From Chiloscyllium plagiosum (lineage: Eukaryota): 64,000 nt of DNA. Shown here in pieces: positions 60,650 through 64,000 of this stretch. How positions within the stretch are numbered: position 1 is the stretch's first letter; each line of letters begins with the position of its first letter. The stretch lies in assembly GCF_004010195.1 (NCBI RefSeq), contig NC_057718.1, positions 51,778,373-51,842,372 of the forward strand, in the 5' to 3' direction. Under the pieces are notes generated by a model. The model did no database searches and was not told the DNA's origin. It worked only from the letters and a program-made list of their open reading frames with translations. A program made the translations under genes and the position numbers.

Positions 60650-62640
60650 ATAAAAGCAAAATACTGGAAATCTGAAATAAAATCAGAAATTGCTGCAGAA
60701 CATCAGCAGGTCTGGCAGCAGCTGTGAAGAGAAAAACAGATAATATTTTAAGTCTGATATGAGTCCTCTTCAGAATTGAAAGGGTCTGAGAAATTATAGT
60801 TTTCATGTTGTTGACATAAGTGCAGAAGAAGTGAGTGCAACAGATAGTGACAATATCTACAGCAAAAAAAAATTGTAAGTGTCAAATGTGGTAAATGAGT
60901 GGTTGAGATCTAAAATACATATAGGACCATTACACCAAAAGGAGCAGAAATTAGGTCATTCAGCTTTGTGGTAGGTGTGAATATGAGAAAATGGGTAAAC
61001 GCTGCTCAGAGCAAATCCAACAAGACATAAACAAAAAATGGCCAGAGTGGGGGTGTCTGTCATCAAAATCGAGGAGGGGGGTTCATGCTCTGAAGTTGCT
61101 GAACTCAATGTTGAATCCTTGAGGCTGTGAATTGCTGAAGTGAAAAATTAATGTGTTTAGTTTTGTTGGAATGCTGTAGCGAGCCCAGAATGGAAATATT
61201 AGCATGGGAGAAAAATGATTGATTCAAATAGCAAATAACTAGATGTTTGGGGTCCTTCTTACAGCCAGATTGGTGGTGTTCCACAAACCAGTTTGGTATC
61301 GCCAATGTGAAAGAGGCTTCATTGTGAGCAGTGAATATGGTGAACGGGTCTGAAAAGAAGTACAAGTAAAACGCAGCTTGATCCCAAAGATGTGTGCCTG
61401 GGGTCTTGAATAATGAAGAGAGGTGAGGTGAATGGGTAAGTGCTATACCTTCACTGATTGCATGGGAAGGTGTCAAGGGACTGAAGGGTAGACAAGGAGT
61501 GTTAGGAGTGAAGACAAATAAATTAGGGTGTCACAAAGGGAATGGTCCCTGTGAAATGTTGACAGTGCAGGGGAGGGGAAAGATGTGTTTGGCAGTGATA
61601 TCTGGATTTAGCAGAAATGTTGGAGGATAATCCTTGAATACAGAGACTGGTGTGGTGGAAAAAGGGGATCGCTATCATTGTTTTGAGGGGAATAGGTGAG
61701 GGCAGAAGTGCAGGAAATGGATTGGACAAGGCTGACGGTCTGTTAACCATAATTCTTGGGTGTGGGGTGAAGTTGTCAGTCAAGGAAATAAGGAAGACAT
61801 GTTGGCATCATCAGAAGAAATATGACAGAGGCAGAAAGACTTAGAGAATGGAATGGAGTCCTTGGAGGAATCACCGTGTGAGGAAATGTAGTTAAGGTAG
61901 CTGTGGGAGTCACTGGGCTTGTAGTGGAAACAATAGTGAAATTAAGGAAGGGAATAGTCAGAGATGGATCAGGAGAGAAAAGGCTGAAAATTGGAAGCAG
62001 AACAGATTATTTTTTTATAATTCTGTACAAGAACTATAAGCAGCACCAACGGCATTGTTGATGTACAGGACAAATAGTTGAGGGGCTTGAGTAAGATTGG
62101 AATTTTCCACACACCTCACAAAAAGCCCCCTTTTTGTGGGGTGTATGGACTCATGAGGTAAACACAGCCACATTTTTCAATGGGGAATGCAGACAAGTGA
62201 AAAGGAGGAAGTGCCAGGCAAAGGAGAGTGGTGGTGAATGCAGATTGTTCAGAGCTCCTTTCAAAGAGAAACCAGAAAGCTTCAGATCATCCTGATGTGG
62301 AATTGACATGTAGAGGGTTTGCACCTCCCTGTGAAAAGGAGCGGGTTTGCACCTCCCCGTGAAAAGGAGAGGGCTAGGGCCATGGAAATGGAAATGATTG
62401 AGCTGATGTAATGCTAAAGAGGAATCACAAATGAAAGTAGGAAGAGATTGAAGAACAGAGGAGAAGTAATGTCAATACAGGAAGAAATAGGTTCAGTGGA
62501 ACTCAATTCTGAAGAAGGGTCACTTGACCTGAAACACTGACTCTGCTTTCTCTCCACAGATGCTGCCAGACCTGCTGGGTTTCTCTAGCCATGACAGTTT
62601 TTGTTTCAGATTTGCAGCTTCTGCACTCCTTTGTTTTTAG
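60650..62640 (-). mobile_element. Old Penelope-like element of about 2 kb (RT, GIY-YIG, terminal repeat) with an inverted terminal repeat at its 5' end
   Basis: Minus-strand tail at 60650-60778, a degenerate GIY-YIG region at about 61100-61480 and RT motif relics at about 62040-62500. The plus-strand tail at 62503-62640 starts att-CTGAAGA-agggtca-ct-tgacct-GAAA-cact. Confidence 0.78.
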
Positions 62641-63589
62641 TATAGGAACCTGAGGCATGTCATACGTCACAGCGATACCTATAATCTTGGGTGGATTCGA
62701 AACATAAAGGATTGAACTTCGATTGAAATCCATGTGGGGTAAGACAGTCACCAAGATGAGGCTTGGAAATGAGTTTTGGAAACTCTTTTATCAAACTCTT
62801 TTATCAATCAGTCAGAGTTTGATTGCAGAAAGTAATCAAGGTGAATAGGCCAGGTAAGGTCCCTTTGAATGAGGAACCCACAGTGGCCCAGGGTTGCTTT
62901 ATGGGCTTCCTGTATGGCAACTCACTGATTGACCAATTGTGCTGCAATTGCCATCCATCAGGAAAGCAAAATTCAAGCTCAGATATAATCAGGAAGCGGT
63001 CAGAGGGCATTAAATTCCAGAGAGCACGTGGTTTCAAGGTAGCCAGAACTTTGGTTAATGAAGATCATGTCCATTATTGGATGTACTTTGTAATCACAGA
63101 GTTTCCCAGCCTGTTCCTAATCTGATAATCTTGCTTACACCTCTATTTAGGATAAACGATGTATGGCAGCAAAGGTCATGATTTTGAAGACATTAATTAG
63201 ATTGCAAAGTATTGCCCTATCTGATTGGTTTCTATGGAACCACTGCTGCAATGTCTCTTTGGGATTTCTGGCACTCGTGTATGTGGTTGCACGGTTAAGC
63301 TGCTAATTGGGGATGCATTAGCATATTTATTCATCAAGATTCCATCATGGTATCCTAGACAATATACATGGTCTTTTCATGATCTCCAAAACAACATAAG
63401 CAGTGCAAATTACTTCCAATTGAAACTATTTAATAAAGTGAATATTTCCAGCACTATGATGGAGTCTTTATAGGCAGGGCTTAGGAAAATAAGGGAAAGG
63501 CATGCTGGGATGGCTCCCTTCTGTTGGTTCATTTCCTAGGGATGGCTTAGGAAGTGGATTGGCTCCCTGCTCCATGACTGTGGGAGTAG

Positions 63590-64000
63590 ATAGAGCGTGG
63601 AGCTGGAAAAAACACAATAGGTCAGGCAGCATCTGAGGAGGAGGACCATCAATGTTTCGGGCAGGACCCTTCTTCAGACTGGGGAGGGGGAAGAGGGCTG
63701 AGAAATAAATAGAGGGAGGGGACTGGGGCTGGGGAAAGGTAAATGCAATGGTGATAGGTGGATGCAGGTAGGAGGTGATAGTGATAGGTCGGTAGGAATG
63801 GTGAGAAGGAAGGTAGAGAGGTAGGTCAGGTCAAGGGTGCAGCCGAGTCAGAGGGTTGGATCTGGGATGGAGTGGGGGAGGGGAGATTTGGAAACTGGTG
63901 AATTCATTGTGGAGACCAAATAGTTGGAGGATCCTGAGGCGGAAGATGAGGTGTTCCTCCGTCAGTTTGTGGGTTACCTTGTTAAGGTGGTGCAGGAGGC
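63590..64000 (-). mobile_element. Penelope-like element 3' end with hammerhead motif (63647-63680), cut by the window edge
   Basis: Minus strand reads agt-CTGAAGA-a-ggg-tcctg-ccc-GAAA-catt-gatg. EEHLIFRL..LQ-like coding at about 63930-63965. Confidence 0.85.

Noticed and set aside
1..64000. Neighbouring NRXN1 exons (…GSDDFFYVGGSP… upstream; …TALLNYGYVGC… downstream) and alternatively spliced micro-exons
   Set aside because: Not found in the ORF track or by eye. Micro-exons cannot be excluded without spliced alignment.

Overview
Eukaryotic, not prokaryotic, DNA. The repeat families (HE1-type V-SINEs, HER1/CR1 LINEs, SacSINE1-like SINEs) point to a shark or other elasmobranch. The only host coding sequence I can support is one 439-bp minus-strand exon of neurexin-1 alpha (40375-40813, end of LNS2 plus the first part of LNS3). 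The rest appears to be its two very large flanking introns, filled with often nested retroelements: CR1, Penelope-like (PLE), L2/CR1-like, RTE, Tx1/L1, a Gypsy integrase relic and SINEs. There are two assembly gaps. The most interesting signal is more than a dozen minimal type-I hammerhead-ribozyme motifs (CTGAnGA..stem..GAAA-CGT[C/T]) on PLE terminal repeats of about four families. Many are tiny TSD-flanked solo or inverted insertions whose breakpoints cluster at the ribozyme. Several templated local duplications (template-switch scars) are also visible. Everything was read by eye, so repeat boundaries are approximate and family names come from recalled consensus features, not database searches.
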